Assembly: GCA_951406725.2 (NCBI GenBank) | Contig: OX597821.1 | Location: forward strand, 88,598,001 to 88,662,000 | Reading direction: 5' to 3' | Length of the DNA stretch: 64,000 nt | Origin: Octopus vulgaris | Taxonomy: Eukaryota | Shown here: positions 14,298 through 27,773 of the stretch, in pieces | Layout: each line of letters starts with the position of its first letter | Position numbering within the stretch: position 1 is the stretch's first letter | The notes under the pieces: model-generated | The model's database searches: none | What the model was told of the DNA's origin: nothing | What the model saw: only the letters and a program-made list of their open reading frames with translations | Made by a program: the position numbers and the translations under genes

Positions 14298-14776
14298 TTG
14301 AAAAAGGGAGCAGCACATGCCATCAAAGTGACGCTGGTGTACAGATATGCAAAGCCAAATATACGCATGACGAATAACATTCTGTTAAGGCCACGTACAT
14401 CACAAGTATATATACGTGACATGGTCATCTCATAATAAGATAATAAACACACAACCTTGCAGGTGGGGCCCAGTTAGAATTTTCTCGATTAGTCAATCCC
14501 ACTCAAAAGGTTTCTGAATAAAGGTTGTTTGAGGATGATGAACGAAACACCAATGTTTCCGATACGTCTTCACTACTCCTGCTTGTGGTGAGAGAGGCAT
14601 ATAGCGTCACTCACTTAGCGTAATATTCAAGTGGTTAAGGTCAAGCAATAGACGAGCAAATCTGTGGCAATGACAAGAATATTTGATGTAGCCCATCTTT
14701 TACAGGAAAACAAAACATGTACATGTTAACACTTTCAACCAGTTAAACTCAGAAGCCACGAAAGCCATTGACTAGT
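14298..14776 (-). mobile_element. Interspersed repeat family F (diverged copy), adjacent to (ATC)n
   Basis: Colinear with 46637-47191 (catgccat.aaagtgac, cttgcaggtggggcccagttagaatttt, gtagcccatctttt); orientation is arbitrary. Confidence 0.85.
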
Positions 14777-15041
14777 AAAAAAAAAATAAATAAATGCGCC
14801 CTTTTAAAGCCTAGCAGGTTCATGGGCCCGGTTTCCCGGTTTCTATGGCGTATGTGTTCCCCTGCTGGACGGAACCCCAGTCCATCGCAGCGTTACTCAT
14901 TTTTGCCAGCTGAGTGGACTGGAGCAACGTCAAATGAGGTGTTTTGCTCAAGAACACAACGCGTCGCCCGGACTAGGAATCGAAACCACAAACTTACGGT
15001 CGTGATGCTAATACCCTAACCACTAAGCCACGCGCCTCCAC
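14777..15041 (-). mobile_element. tRNA-derived SINE family C, inserted at the end of the family F copy
   Basis: Reverse complement begins gtggaggcgcgtggcttagtggttagggt, homologous to the 11102 copy. Confidence 0.88.
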
Positions 15042-15899
15042 CTGCTGTCTAGTACACTGACAGAATCGAAAAGGCCTTGCGATATTTCTCCTGACTCGTC
15101 AGATTTTGAAGTAGATGCTATCAACCAGCCCATTCTCCGCACAGGTAGTACACTTGTGCCTAAATCATAATCATCATTAACACAGCATTAATATTATTAT
15201 CATAATTGTCAACATTGAAATGTTACTGCTTGTAAGTTAGTGTAATCAGTTTAGTACAGAGATTAAATAAATTAGAATTAAAATATTGCGGCGAGTATCG
15301 AAAGCTAAATAGGAATAATTTTTCTCCACTACATAATTATTTCCAATTATCTTTCTAATACTCTCTGCATTAAATATCTGAACACTAATTAACTTTTGCT
15401 TTTTATGAAATTGTCTCTAAGTTATTTCTACTGGAGCCATTAAATTAAGTACTTTGAATAATTGAGGTATTGATCTACTATACTGTGTTCAGATCTCATG
15501 AAGGTATACATTATTTGCTAACATTTTCCTGGGTAATATACTAGTGTTGCCTCCCATGAAATACACTGAGTTCAATTGAAGTGCTAAGTTGAGAGAATCC
15601 ATAAACATAGGTGACACGATTGGGTGTATGACTAATAGTTTGACCTTCTACAGTATGACCCCTGCTCATATTGATTAAAAACAAATTTCAGTTTTTTCCT
15701 GTCAACAGGGTAAATGAAATAAGTAACAGTAATACACTATTCAATGTACTCTCAATTGAAGGATCATTTTGCTTGTAAAAAGAACTTGTCGGTAGTTAAA
15801 ATGAAAAAGTATTACGTTATTAAAAATTTATCTGCTTTTACTAGGAACAATGCTAATAATTTTGGACAGTGATCAACCGATTAAAATGAAAACGATACA

Positions 15900-16040
15900 G
15901 TATTGGCACGTTATTTCTTTGACCCTAGGCAGTCGTGGACTAAATTTGATCTTGTTGGTATTGAACTCAGAATGCAGATTCGGAAAATATTGCAAGGTAT
16001 TTGTCAGACATTTTAATGATTCTACCAAATTCACCGTCCT
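15900..16040 (-). mobile_element. Old degenerate SINE family A copy
   Basis: ttgaactcagaatg...attctaccaaattcaccgtcct resembles the reverse complement of the family A head. Confidence 0.5.
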
Positions 16041-16061
16041 CTTACAATGTTTTATATAATA

Positions 16062-16468
16062 CTAGCAGTATCGCCCGGCGTTGCTCGGGTTTGTAAGGGA
16101 AATAACTATATAAGCATTTTTGGAGAGTTATAGCCAAAAAGTAGCAAAAAAATGCATTAAAAATGGAAAACAAATCATGGTAATTTTTTTTTTAATCGTT
16201 GACTCATCGTAGACATTTTTAGAGAGTTACTTCGCTTATATAATAGCGAAAAAATGCATTAAAATGGAAAAAAATGATGGTAAATTATTTTTAAATCGTA
16301 GACTCATCGTAGACTCATCGTAGACGCGCGCTAATACCCAGAAGGGTTCGATATGAATCACGACTATAAGATACCCGGTTTTGGTTAAACTGCACCGCAA
16401 AATGTGGGAGTAGTTAGGAATCTAAATCGTAGGAGACAGACACACAACTTCTCTTTTATATATAAAGA
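16062..16468 (-). mobile_element. Non-autonomous Helitron (same family as 13272)
   Basis: Plus strand a|ctagcagtatcgcccggcgttgctcggg ... cttttatatataaaga|t corresponds to minus-strand TC...hairpin...CTAG in an A|T site. Confidence 0.9.
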
Positions 16469-16896
16469 TTTGTTTCATCTCTTCAAAACTTAATTTCACT
16501 TAGGGAATACAATATTACCAGAAATATAAGAGGGAAATATTCAAAGACTCAAACTTTGGTTTCCCGATAAAGATTAAGTTGAATATCCAACCAAGAATAA
16601 CTACAAATACGCACACAGAGCAGACACACACACACACAAAAACTGTGTTAAAATGTAACATAGGTATATTTTCGAAAATGTTACCGGTTTCTGTGAGTAA
16701 CTTTGTGAGTAATGTTTCCCTGTTCTTTTATTATGTATAGATCTTTGCGTCCATCATCCTACCTTAAATATTTGAATATAATTGACAATGTGATAATTGA
16801 TTATTCATTGAAAAATAGGGATTTTATCAGTCTATGTATATGTGTATGTATGTATGTATGTATGTATGTATGTATGTATGTATGTATGTATGTATG

Positions 16897-16934
<38 letters not shown>

Positions 16935-17899
16935 AACCAACACATACACACATACAGAGAAATGTATATAAGCATATTTAATTATTTTCTAAAAGAGAAA
17001 TTGAGGAGAATGCTCCTTAAACTGTGTTTAGCGCCAAACGACTTACTATCATATCGTCTGGCAATACAAAGTTACATGCGCTTCATTTCTGCAAACAAGA
17101 TAACTACAAACAATATCAAGTTGAAATTACGTGAGAAAGTATGAAAGAACATAGTTCTTGGATTTTTCCAAAATTATATACTCATTTGCCGGGGAAAATT
17201 ACAAAATGCAAGTTATCAATATTTTACAGAACCTTTGCATCTTACTCTCTCGCAAAACCCAGAGCTATAAAAAATAATTATTTTTGATTCGTTCTTTTAG
17301 AAACCAAAATTATTTCTAATTAATACCGTTTAAACTATAAGTAAAGAAATAATAGTAACATGTTGGTGGAAATTCTTTCAATTTTATTTTCCTTCTCACA
17401 ATACGTAATATGATAGTACTTCAACCAATTCAAAGGGAATTATTATAATCAAAGATAGAGCAATTTGATGCCAACACGTGAGAGTTTTCATCGCATCAAT
17501 GTGAATAGATGTATTAAGGGTTTAGTGAGCAGGCTGTTAAATGCTTGAGTGCTAGGGCAATAAATTTCGATCAAGATTTTAACATATTCGCTAGCTTTTA
17601 TCGAAAGCACAACTCTACGTATAGTTTATGTTTCATGTATGTGTGAGTATGTGCTGTGAACATGATGTACTTGAATATGTGCTTACATGTGTAAAATTTA
17701 AGTTGTATTCATGCATAGAGTCAGGATGTGTGTGGTATGAGCATATAACATCATGTTTGGTTTTATGTAAAGGGTGCATGCTCTTATGTGTTTTTAAGTG
17801 CGCAGTTATATGGTTTATAGGCTTGGGTTGAGTTCATAAGTATACCCACACATACACACATATATATATGTATATTTGTATGTATGTATGTGTTTATGC

Positions 17900-17961
<62 letters not shown>

Positions 17962-18518
17962 ATATATGTATGTACAGATGTATGAGGGTTTATGTAGTTG
18001 TGTTTAATGTAATGTGTGTGTTAGTGTACGCATATGTGCAATATGATGTGTGCAAAAATGGGTGAAAATCTGAGTTTATCTCACTAAAGACAGTTAGATA
18101 TTAATGGCCGATACAATATTACGTTCCCTCAAGCAGGAGATGTGGAAGTAAGAAAGAGAGAGGAAGAGGGAGAGGGAAAGAGGGAGAGAGAAAGAGAGAG
18201 AGAAAGCGAATAAAAAAGGCAACGAAAGAAACAATGCTAGGATGTGTTACGCGTGTTCATATGGTAATTTAGGAGCTTAGTGAAAACGGAAAAGAGAGTT
18301 GTGTATCGAAATATACGTACATATATACATACATTGAAACAGGCAGACAGACAGACACACACACACACACACACATACACACGCACACACACACACATAC
18401 ACACGCACACACACACATATATATATAGATATATAAACACAAAATATATAATTATATAAATATAATTATATCGAGGGCACTAATGAGTAACGCCTCACTC
18501 CGGTACAAATACATATAC

Positions 18519-18577
<59 letters not shown>

Positions 18578-18578
<1 letters not shown>

Positions 18579-18610
18579 TAGCAGCTAAGCCCGGTTTCAC
18601 CCGGTCTGTT
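18578..18610 (-). mobile_element. Helitron 3' terminus (different family), in (TA)n; 5' extent not determined
   Basis: Minus strand ccgggtgaaaccgggcttagctgCTAG|t: GC hairpin about 8 nt before a terminal CTAG. Confidence 0.6.
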
Positions 18611-19413
18611 TGGATGATGTGGCTGTGATCATTTTCGGTTAGACATAATCTATAACGGCGTTCCTCAACCTTATAGTTTCGGGTCCCCTGTTTCGATTGG
18701 AGCCTCCTTCTGTATGTAAATGTCCTGACTCCACCCACCCTCCTTGTCAGAAAACAGCTTCAGGAGTTTTGAAGAACGAATTTGTACGTAGTCTGTTTCT
18801 GAGAGCTGTTCTATTGAACCTCAGTCTAATCATTAAAACATTGATTTAATTATGAACATAGAAAGAATTTATACATTAATCCCTAATTTTGTAAGCAGCT
18901 GTATCCGTAAACATTTTATTTGCAGAGTGCAAAAATTGAAATAAGATATATGAAATGGATGTGTGTGTGTGTGTGTGTTATGCAAATATGTGAACGAAAA
19001 TTCAGTTCAGACCTTTACATGGTAGCTAGACCTGGTAGGAATGGCAGCCAGATCTCCCTCAAAACACCCCACTGTCTTAATCCGACAATTCTGCGAATGA
19101 AGGACAAGATGCTAAACAGTATAAAGGCCTAGGGCCACACGTAGACAACAATTAATAATGATAATACATATACAACCTAAAGCCTTGGGGCTGGAAGACA
19201 ATACAAAAATTGCGTTTGTCTCCTCTGGCCGATAACTGATGAAGAGTTGGTAATCTATGTTTTCTGCCCGCCTGTGCATTTAGCATATGTTCGTTCGTTT
19301 ATTTACTGCATGTTTTTTTAAAATTATATATAGGCAGGTCACATTTTCCGTTTGTTGCTATTTAATCCTGAAAATACTATCTATATAACGCACGCACCCC
19401 TCGATTTTTTTGC

Positions 19414-19478
<65 letters not shown>

Positions 19479-20539
19479 TGTGTGTGCGTACAGAGATGGA
19501 GAGAGAAAGAGTATCTGAAGCAACAGTGTAATGACAGTGAAACAGAGGGAGAGAGAGTTAAGCGTGAATGTGCACGTGTGTACCTTATTATGTATAAGGC
19601 AATAAAGAGAAGTATACAAATAGATACGTCATGACTAAAATGTGCACATAGACGGAAAGACAAACAGACTACTAGTGAAGTGTTACAGTACAGATAACTC
19701 TACTATTAAATACACTATAGCAGGAAAACCTGCAGCCGCAAAAGGAAAAGGTTTTCATCGTGAATAACTGTGTACTTAGATATATTATGTCAGTGAGAAA
19801 CACCGAGTGAAGTGCTACAATGTAGAGAAATCTGCTTACAGATACTCAATGATAATACATACATAAATACATATATACATACATACATACATACACACAA
19901 TGAACCACACACACATGTAAAGAGAGAGTGATAGAAGGTGACAGTGACTGACAGACTAGCAGTCTTAACATGAATTTCTACAACATAGACAACATTGCTG
20001 ACAGATATATTATGACAGTCACTTGTTATAGAAAGTTTGTGAAATATGTGATGCAACGTAGATGACAGGGTTAGCCATAATTTTCTGCTGATGAATTTAT
20101 CCTGCATTGGAGTCTTTGGAAAGCTACTGCACTGTATTAAATGTTTACGACCGATAAGAATCCACGTTGTGATCTACAAACTTTTTATCAAATCCGCCAA
20201 AATTGCTTAAGAGTGTTTCTCAAGATTCTGTATTCATCGTATTTCTGTTCATTTTTGTTTATATCTGACAATGTACATTTCATCAAACAGCATAATTAAA
20301 ATGCTTGCAGACGACCCTAAGTTCCTAAGAAAACACGAAAGGTCTTTGGAAATGCGCAGAGCTCCAATAAGATCTACACTGTGTGACTCGATGAGCAAAT
20401 AAAAACAACTTGCTGGTAGAGGAAAAATAAATTGAACACATATACACAGAAGTAAATAGACACCCTTATAATGATTAAAATTTATTTAAATCTGAAATTA
20501 TACCTTCAAGTTACTTATTAATTGTTATAGTGGGAAAAT

Positions 20540-21480
20540 TTAATATTTAGTAGACATACACTTTACATTATTCAATGCAAGGACCCTATTAGGCATGTTA
20601 CTAATCAAATGACAAATATTCTCTTGTGCAATTTCTTGCCAAGTTTCATGCAATAGTTGCAAAAGATCTGGCTTTGAAGATGCTTTCTTGTTCTTTTTAT
20701 CAAGTGCCCTGTCCATTATATCACAGAGTAGTTCTATAGGGTTCATATCTGGTAACTGGCTTGGTCATTGAAGCTTTTTAATGCTATTCTCATTGAATAA
20801 ATCTTGGGTCATTTTAGCCATGTGACAAGGAGCCCTATCTTCCATAAATAAAGAGTCAGTTAGTTAGTTAGTTAATTTTTTGGCTCAAAAAGCAAAAAGC
20901 AAGGCCATGTAGGGGGACATGGAGTTATGTACATGGTGGTGTTCATGTAAAGAGTTCAGGCCACTTGTGGTCAAGGGAAACTTTGAACCGAGCGGTCGTC
21001 GGCATCTTCACTATTTCGTCCGGCAGCTTATTCCACGGATCCGCAACCCGGACGGAGAAAGCCCCTCTCCTTCGATTGAGATGGAATCGTCGCAGATAGA
21101 GCTTTTCGGAGTGACCCCGCAGCCGACGCTCTGGAGCAGGAGTGAAGAACAGCTCTTTCGAGAGGTTACACTTTCCGCTTATGATGTTGTGAGCAAGAAT
21201 GAGATCACCATGGCGTCGTTGTTTTTCTAGAGAATACATTTCACTACTGGAGTAGATTGGAGGGAGTCCATTCTGTAGTATGGACACATATTTATCTGAG
21301 TTTATGTTTCCCTCACAATCCACCAGATCTGATCAACCATTGCTCCAAATTGCTCCCCAGACAATCACAGAAAGTGGGATCCCAAGGTTTTCTGCGATTT
21401 TACGCTGTGTCCATCTTCAGAATCACCCACAATACGGCCTCTTTGAAATTCAGACAGTTCTAAGGCTTCTTTAGTACATG
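20540..21480 (-). mobile_element. Tc1-family (DD34E) transposase relic, interrupted by a CR1 insertion
   Basis: FMEDRAPCH...Q*PSQLPDMNPIE with exactly 34 residues between D and E; C-terminal ETWQEI...LISNMPNRV..L...K..STKY; upstream VWGAIW..G..DLVDCEGNINSDKYVSILQ. TIRs not found. Confidence 0.9.
20858..21237 (-). mobile_element. 5'-truncated CR1-clade LINE 3' end
   Basis: Open C-terminal ORF2 YSLEKQRRHGDLI...RRLRGHSEKL...RRGAFSVRVADPWNKLP...FKVSLD; 3'UTR stem-loop ccatgt-ccccct-acatgg (20905-20922) and (AACT)n tail (20858-20874). Confidence 0.92.
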
Positions 21481-22406
21481 GCATAATCAGACAGTCACAT
21501 ATAGAACCGAAACATAAAAATATCAATCAAGAAAGAAATATGAGCTATTACAAGTTAGAATAAACATAAAACGATGTTTTATGGGATGTCTGTTTATTTC
21601 TGTCGTGTCTGTGTACGTTTGAAAAAATAATAGTTTGAACAGCAGTATTTTCTTCTCTGGTGCGAGATTCTTGTGATATCAATAATATTAGAAACTTGCC
21701 GTAAATGTAGACTACAACCGAAGCTGCAGTAAACATATAAAAAATTCTAATATGTCCCGTAGACTTTGTTTTGGCTCCTTAGAACTTAACAGACAATTTT
21801 CGGAGTGCTTGCCTTCTTTCCAAGGAAAAAGTAACTGTAAGTAATTATGTAAATATGCATAGCTTTGAAAATGTTCAAGAAACAAATTTCCTGTGCTGAA
21901 ATGTAAAAATAGGAGGAGAATGCTCAGAAAATTTATGTTTGAAATAAATATATAAATATATATATATGTGTGTGTGTGTGTGTATATATATAGTACAAAG
22001 TAAGATAGGGGTTATGAGGGTAACCCACGATGGAATATCAGTTATCCAATATACTGCTGATTTAGTTCCTCCATTTTCTTATTTGTATTTAGTTCCTCCA
22101 TTTTCTTATTTGTATATATATATATAGTCGATATATAATAGATTAGTATCGTTTATGCTAATCATAAGTAGTTAGTGATAATGTAATAATTTTATACTAT
22201 CATAAGTTTTCATCTCATGTTCGTAGGAGAACACTATTTATAAATATATGCATGTTTTAAGTATGTGATATACTTTACATATGTGCATCATTATGGACGA
22301 TTCGGAAGCGGCATTAACAGTGAGTTGCGCATCTATATTGTAATCACTTCCTGGGTGAATTTGTATCGCTTGGCTCTGGAATATATTGTGTGTTTTAACA
22401 TAATAC

Positions 22407-22449
<43 letters not shown>

Positions 22450-22455
22450 TACATA

Positions 22456-23665
22456 AATGGGATATGTCACAAAGTGTGCGACCTCGGTATCGCTGTTTCA
22501 CTGGGTGACTGGCTGCATGTTTTTCTCAAGGGCAGAAGTCAGGCTGTCACAGCAAGTGGTTCTCTCTCTGAAGTGTTACCAATCCTCAGTGGAGTCCTCC
22601 AGGGAACAGTACTAGGACCACTACTATTTGTGGTTGTCCTCTCGGACATGTCCTCAGCCATAAAGTCAGCCACACTCTCTAGCTACTTTAACGACACAAA
22701 AGTGTCTCTGGTGGTCACGAATCATACTGATATCCTAAGACTGCAGAATGAGTTGAACGCAATATATAAGTGGGCAGATGAGAATAATATGCAGCTGAAT
22801 GCCGCATAATTTCAAGCACTGCGCTATCAGCCCACAGACCAACTACAACTTAAGTACACGGGACCAGCAGGCAATGTAATCCCAGATTTAGTCGGTGCGC
22901 AATCTGGGAATCCACTTGAACAATGATGCAACTTCCCATGTGCATATTGTTTAGGTGGCAACACTATGTAGGCGGGTGGCAGGTTGGATTCTTAGATCCT
23001 TCAGGATCGACAACAGAGGACAAAGGTTCTCTAACACAGACGCATCTCTGTGTTAGAGAACCTTTGTCCTCTGTCGTGCTTAACTGTGCTTAAAACCACA
23101 GAGCATAAAAGTAATTGCGGAACTAGAGGCAATCCAACGCCACTACACAAAGAATATAGACTCAGTAAAACACATGAGCTACTGGGAGACGTTAAAGGAA
23201 CTGGGACTCTATACCCTGGAGAGATGTGAGAGATATGCAGTGCTATATATATGGAAAATAATGGAGGATCTAGCTCCTAATTTCGGAATCGAAATCTACT
23301 ACATTCCCTAAACTGGTCGGCACTGCACAGTACCAACGGTGCCATCTTCTGTATCGAGGATACGAACCCAATATTGTAATATCTTGGGATTAAAGACATC
23401 ACAACATTTTAATGCCATAACACAGAACATCAGGGATCTGCGAGGTGTAGATATGAAAGTCTGCAAAAAACGTTTAGATAGGTTTTTTTTTCTACAATGC
23501 CGGATGAACACACATAGAGGCAGGAAGCACAAAGAAGAGCGGCAAAGTCTAACTCGCTACTTCACGAGAAGCAATACTGGAAGAATCTCCGGATGCAGCC
23601 AAGGCGGTGGACCAGCATGGCCTCAGTCTCTGGCTGAAACCCGTAAAATATAAAAGATAAAAGAT
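22456..23665 (+). mobile_element. CR1/L2-group LINE ORF2 relic (RT domain to 3' tail)
   Basis: SGVLQGTVLGPLLF, YFND (degenerate YADD), LQNELNAIYKWADENNMQLN, AELEAIQRHYTK, YWETLKELGLYTLER..RYAVLYIWKI; tail ccagcatggcctcagtc..ggctgaaac followed by (taaaaga)n; frameshifts and stops. Confidence 0.92.
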
Positions 23666-23679
23666 ACATACATAAGACA

Positions 23680-23716
<37 letters not shown>

Positions 23717-23718
<2 letters not shown>

Positions 23719-23986
23719 AGGCGCAATGGCCCAGTCGTTCGCGGTTTCGATTCTCAGACCGGGTGTTGTGAGTGTTTATTGAGCGAAAACACCCGAAGCT
23801 CCACGAAGCTCCGGCAGGGGGTGGTGGCGATCCCTGCTGTACTCTTTCGCTACAAATTTCTCTCACTCTTTCTTCTGTTGGCCTGCTCAGTTAGCCAGCG
23901 GGGTGGCGTCATTTGAAGGCTAAAACAATGCGGAGCGCATTGTGACCAGCGATGTGTAGCAACATCTGATAGCCTGGTCGGTCACG

Positions 23987-23992
<6 letters not shown>
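23717..23992 (+). mobile_element. tRNA-derived SINE family E (deletion in head), inside (TA)n
   Basis: ggaggcgcaatggcccagt.. head joined to B-box ggtttcgattct; GC-rich body flanked by TA repeats on both sides. Confidence 0.7.
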
Positions 23993-24069
<77 letters not shown>

Positions 24070-24734
24070 CTAGACAGGAAGGGAGAGGAGAGAGACATAC
24101 GTATGTCTACATACACACATGCATTGATATACACGTATGTGTGTATGCATTTCGGACAGATACTCATCAACCTTGGCCAACTTACGAGTGTCACTAAAAA
24201 TAGGTTCAAATTTTCGCCAAGGCTATCATCGCCATTAGCACCGCTACCACCACATCAGTCCTACCACTGTTACATCCAGCACCACTCCTTGCCACAAATA
24301 CATCTCTCTAATCTAACACATCTCTTTGTCAAAAAGCAATAATTATTAATTTGAAACATAGTTTTAATGAATAAATCAAATCAAAGTTAAATGTATCAAT
24401 GATTGACTTTGTATCGATAAGAGTTGTATTTTGTTTTTATTAGAAGTCTGCTACTATAACTAGACTGTTTTGAGGTTATATGCACTTTAATGCACCGAAG
24501 TTCATTCAGTCATCGTCACCCCTACACCCTATAAATATGTATGGGCTTATGTCAACGGCAGAAATAATTTATGAATCATAGCATTAAACATAATTACCAG
24601 CATGTGTTTTTACGTCGTCCAATCTTCGCTACATCAGTGACCTGATATATATATATATATGTATGTATGTGCATGTATGTATATATGTATGTATGTAAGT
24701 AACAATATACAACAACAACAACAACAACATCGAA

Positions 24735-24883
24735 GAAATGAGAAACCAGGTTCGAAATTTCCCCAAGACACCTGAAGAATGCTGGAGGGTATATCAGCCG
24801 CAACCTTGTGTCAACAACAAACAAGATGAGGACAAATATCCGTCGAATGTAAATAATGTAAATAATCTCTCCATCTTCTCACG

Positions 24884-24885
<2 letters not shown>
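24735..24885 (+). mobile_element. Short Penelope-type terminal element with mutated hammerhead motif
   Basis: gacac-CTGAAGA-atgctg..cagcc-GcAA-cctt-gtgtc (24767-24812): stem I is perfect and stem II is present, but GAAA is mutated; followed by (TA)n. Confidence 0.5.
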
Positions 24886-24927
<42 letters not shown>

Positions 24928-24930
<3 letters not shown>

Positions 24931-25130
24931 AAAGTTTACGAAAATAAACAAAAGACGAAGGCAGGTGGTGTACAAACAAACAAATGTATTAGTATAGCGC
25001 TCAGGAATAGAAACAAGTATTTTACGTTTCGAGCCTACGCTCTTCCACAGAAAGATACATAGAAAAAAGAGCAAGGAGAGAAACAAGGAGAGAAAAAATA
25101 TGCGTGTAGTAACTAACGATCTATCATGGC
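24928..25130 (-). mobile_element. Short element embedded in (TA)n with Penelope-like GAGC-gtag-GCTC-GAAACGT motif
   Basis: Flanked on both sides by TA repeats; plus-strand organisation (gtattag...cgctcagg...cgtttcgagc..cgctcttc) parallels 8060-8240. Confidence 0.45.
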
Positions 25131-25149
25131 ATATATATATATATATATA

Positions 25150-25777
25150 TAATCTTTGTTCTTTAATCATTAATCTTCAAAGTGTTTCAGCTTTAAAGCT
25201 GCGGTCATGCTGGGGCAGCACTATTGACTTTGCTATCCTATTAACTGAAACCTCCTCTGATATGCAGCATTTAGTGAATGAGGGAGTTTCATGCCGCTGC
25301 TCTCATCTGTGTTTCCTGCTGTGAGGTAGACTCATCTGGAACTCTTGACATGAGGCGATCCAGTTTTGTTTTGAAGATACGTACATCCACACTGTGTAGG
25401 TTCCCTCAGGAATTTTGGAAGCATATTGAAGAGCTGTGGGCCCTAGAAACCCAAGATGTTGCCGCAGGATCAAGTCCTATATTTTGATTGAAATGAAGAG
25501 ATCTTTGGCATTATTCAGTGGCGCACTGTTCTGGTATTTGTGTAAATTTCAATGCCAATGCTTTGTACAAGGTCTTCTAGGATTTTCCAGACGTATATCA
25601 CTGCATATCTTGCCCGCCTTCATTCTAGGAAGCAGAAGCAGAATTTTGATTTTTTTCCCCGTTTTTCCCAGTAACTGATACGTTGCATTGAAACGATTTT
25701 CTTTGTGTAGCTTCGTTGGATTGCTTCGAGTTCCGCCATTAATTTTATATTGTGTGGTGACAATAGTGGGAGCAGTA
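25150..25777 (-). mobile_element. CR1/L2-group LINE 3' fragment related to the 22456 element
   Basis: LLSPHNIKLMAELEAIQRSYTKKIVSMQRISYWEK; 3' cccagcatgaccgcagc..gctgaaac tail. Confidence 0.85.
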
Positions 25778-26201
25778 CACGCACACACATACACATAAAC
25801 ACACACAAACACACACACACACACATATACACGTATATATACATAGGCATATACATACATATAGACACATACAAAAAGTATATATAATTGCATATATATA
25901 CAGGCCTACACACACCCACACTACACACATATATATATGTATGTATGAATGTATGTATGTATCTATGTATTTACGCGAATGTACAGATGAGGGAAGAGAG
26001 ACAGTGCTAGAAGAGAGAGTGAGAGAGAAGGAGATAGGGAGAGAGAAAGTGACAGAGAGAGCTCAAAAGAAGACTTGCTTATAATCCAAATCTCTGGACC
26101 AATGAATGAACTTTCAAATTAAAGTTATTTCGGTTCGTTTCATATATATAATAATAGATATCCACACCCAAATATGCATGCATGCACATATACACAAACA
26201 A

Positions 26202-26264
<63 letters not shown>

Positions 26265-26379
26265 TATGTCAATATATTTCACTGACTCATTCTGAAACAA
26301 TATGTGGAAATAAATACAAAAACACACATCTGTATACATACGCAGAGGCAACACAGACATATATCGATTGCTGAACGTG

Positions 26380-26477
26380 TATGTATGTATATATATATAT
26401 ATATATCTGTGTGTGTATACATACGTACATACATATATGTACATAAGTACATATATACGTATATATATATATGTGCG

Positions 26478-26572
<95 letters not shown>

Positions 26573-26635
26573 ATACATACGTACATACATATATGTACAT
26601 AAGTACATATATACGTATATATATATATATGTGCG

Positions 26636-26672
<37 letters not shown>

Positions 26673-26708
26673 GTATATATATATATATATATATACATAC
26701 ACACACAC

Positions 26709-26745
<37 letters not shown>
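26380..26745. repeat. Compound (TA)n region with a ~75 bp tandem duplication
   Basis: tgtgtgtatacatacgtacatacatatatgtacataagtacatatatacg occurs at about 26408 and 26563. Confidence 0.85.
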
Positions 26746-26746
<1 letters not shown>

Positions 26747-26813
26747 CAACACAAATGTACACGTATGTGATCGTAATTGTACGCTTATTCTATGAATGTT
26801 TATACATACATAC

Positions 26814-26844
<31 letters not shown>

Positions 26845-27420
26845 CGTATACATACATGTATATTTGTGTGTGTCTGTGTGTTTGCGTGTATATATCTATT
26901 CATTGCTCTGTCTTATACATTTGTATGCAAATGAAGTAATTACGTTTCTTGTATTTTATCTTTAATGTTCATTTGGCTGAAAATTTATGTCGACTTTTCC
27001 GAACTAACTGCTTATTTGTCTTCTGCGTCCTAACACAAAGTTTTGCAGGTATGGCTACAGTCCCTATTAATGAAATAAGGCAAACAGTAGACTAATTGTC
27101 GCTCTAAGATCTAAGTTAATTTTATTTTCCCATGCAACATATCATTAATATGAACATCAATTTCGCATTACCTCCATTTTGCCTGTTAGAAATATCGATA
27201 TGAGTTCTTGTTCTTTATTATTTTTTTGTTTCTCTTTACTTTCTCTGCTTGTTTTGTTTTCCATTTCTTCCTTTTCATTTTGCTTTCCTTTTCAAAGATT
27301 GGTTCTGCTTTGCCAAGTTATTGTAAATTTCTACTTAATGCAATGAGCGTTATATATCGTGGCATAATTGCATATGCATATGCATACATACATGTATATT
27401 TGTCTTTGTGTCTATGTATA

Positions 27421-27454
<34 letters not shown>

Positions 27455-27519
27455 CATGAATAAATAAAAATGTATATGCATATACATAACTATGTGTGCA
27501 CATATATATGCACACATAT

Positions 27520-27560
<41 letters not shown>

Positions 27561-27641
27561 AATATATATATACGTGTGTATATATATATATATACATATA
27601 TATATAAATAAATATCTATGTAAATATAAATATATATATAC

Positions 27642-27773
<132 letters not shown>

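Noticed and set aside
19237-19270. Additional CTGATGA-type motifs (19237, about 13225 minus, about 30508)
   Set aside because: GAAA or stems are missing or inconsistent, so they cannot be called hammerheads.
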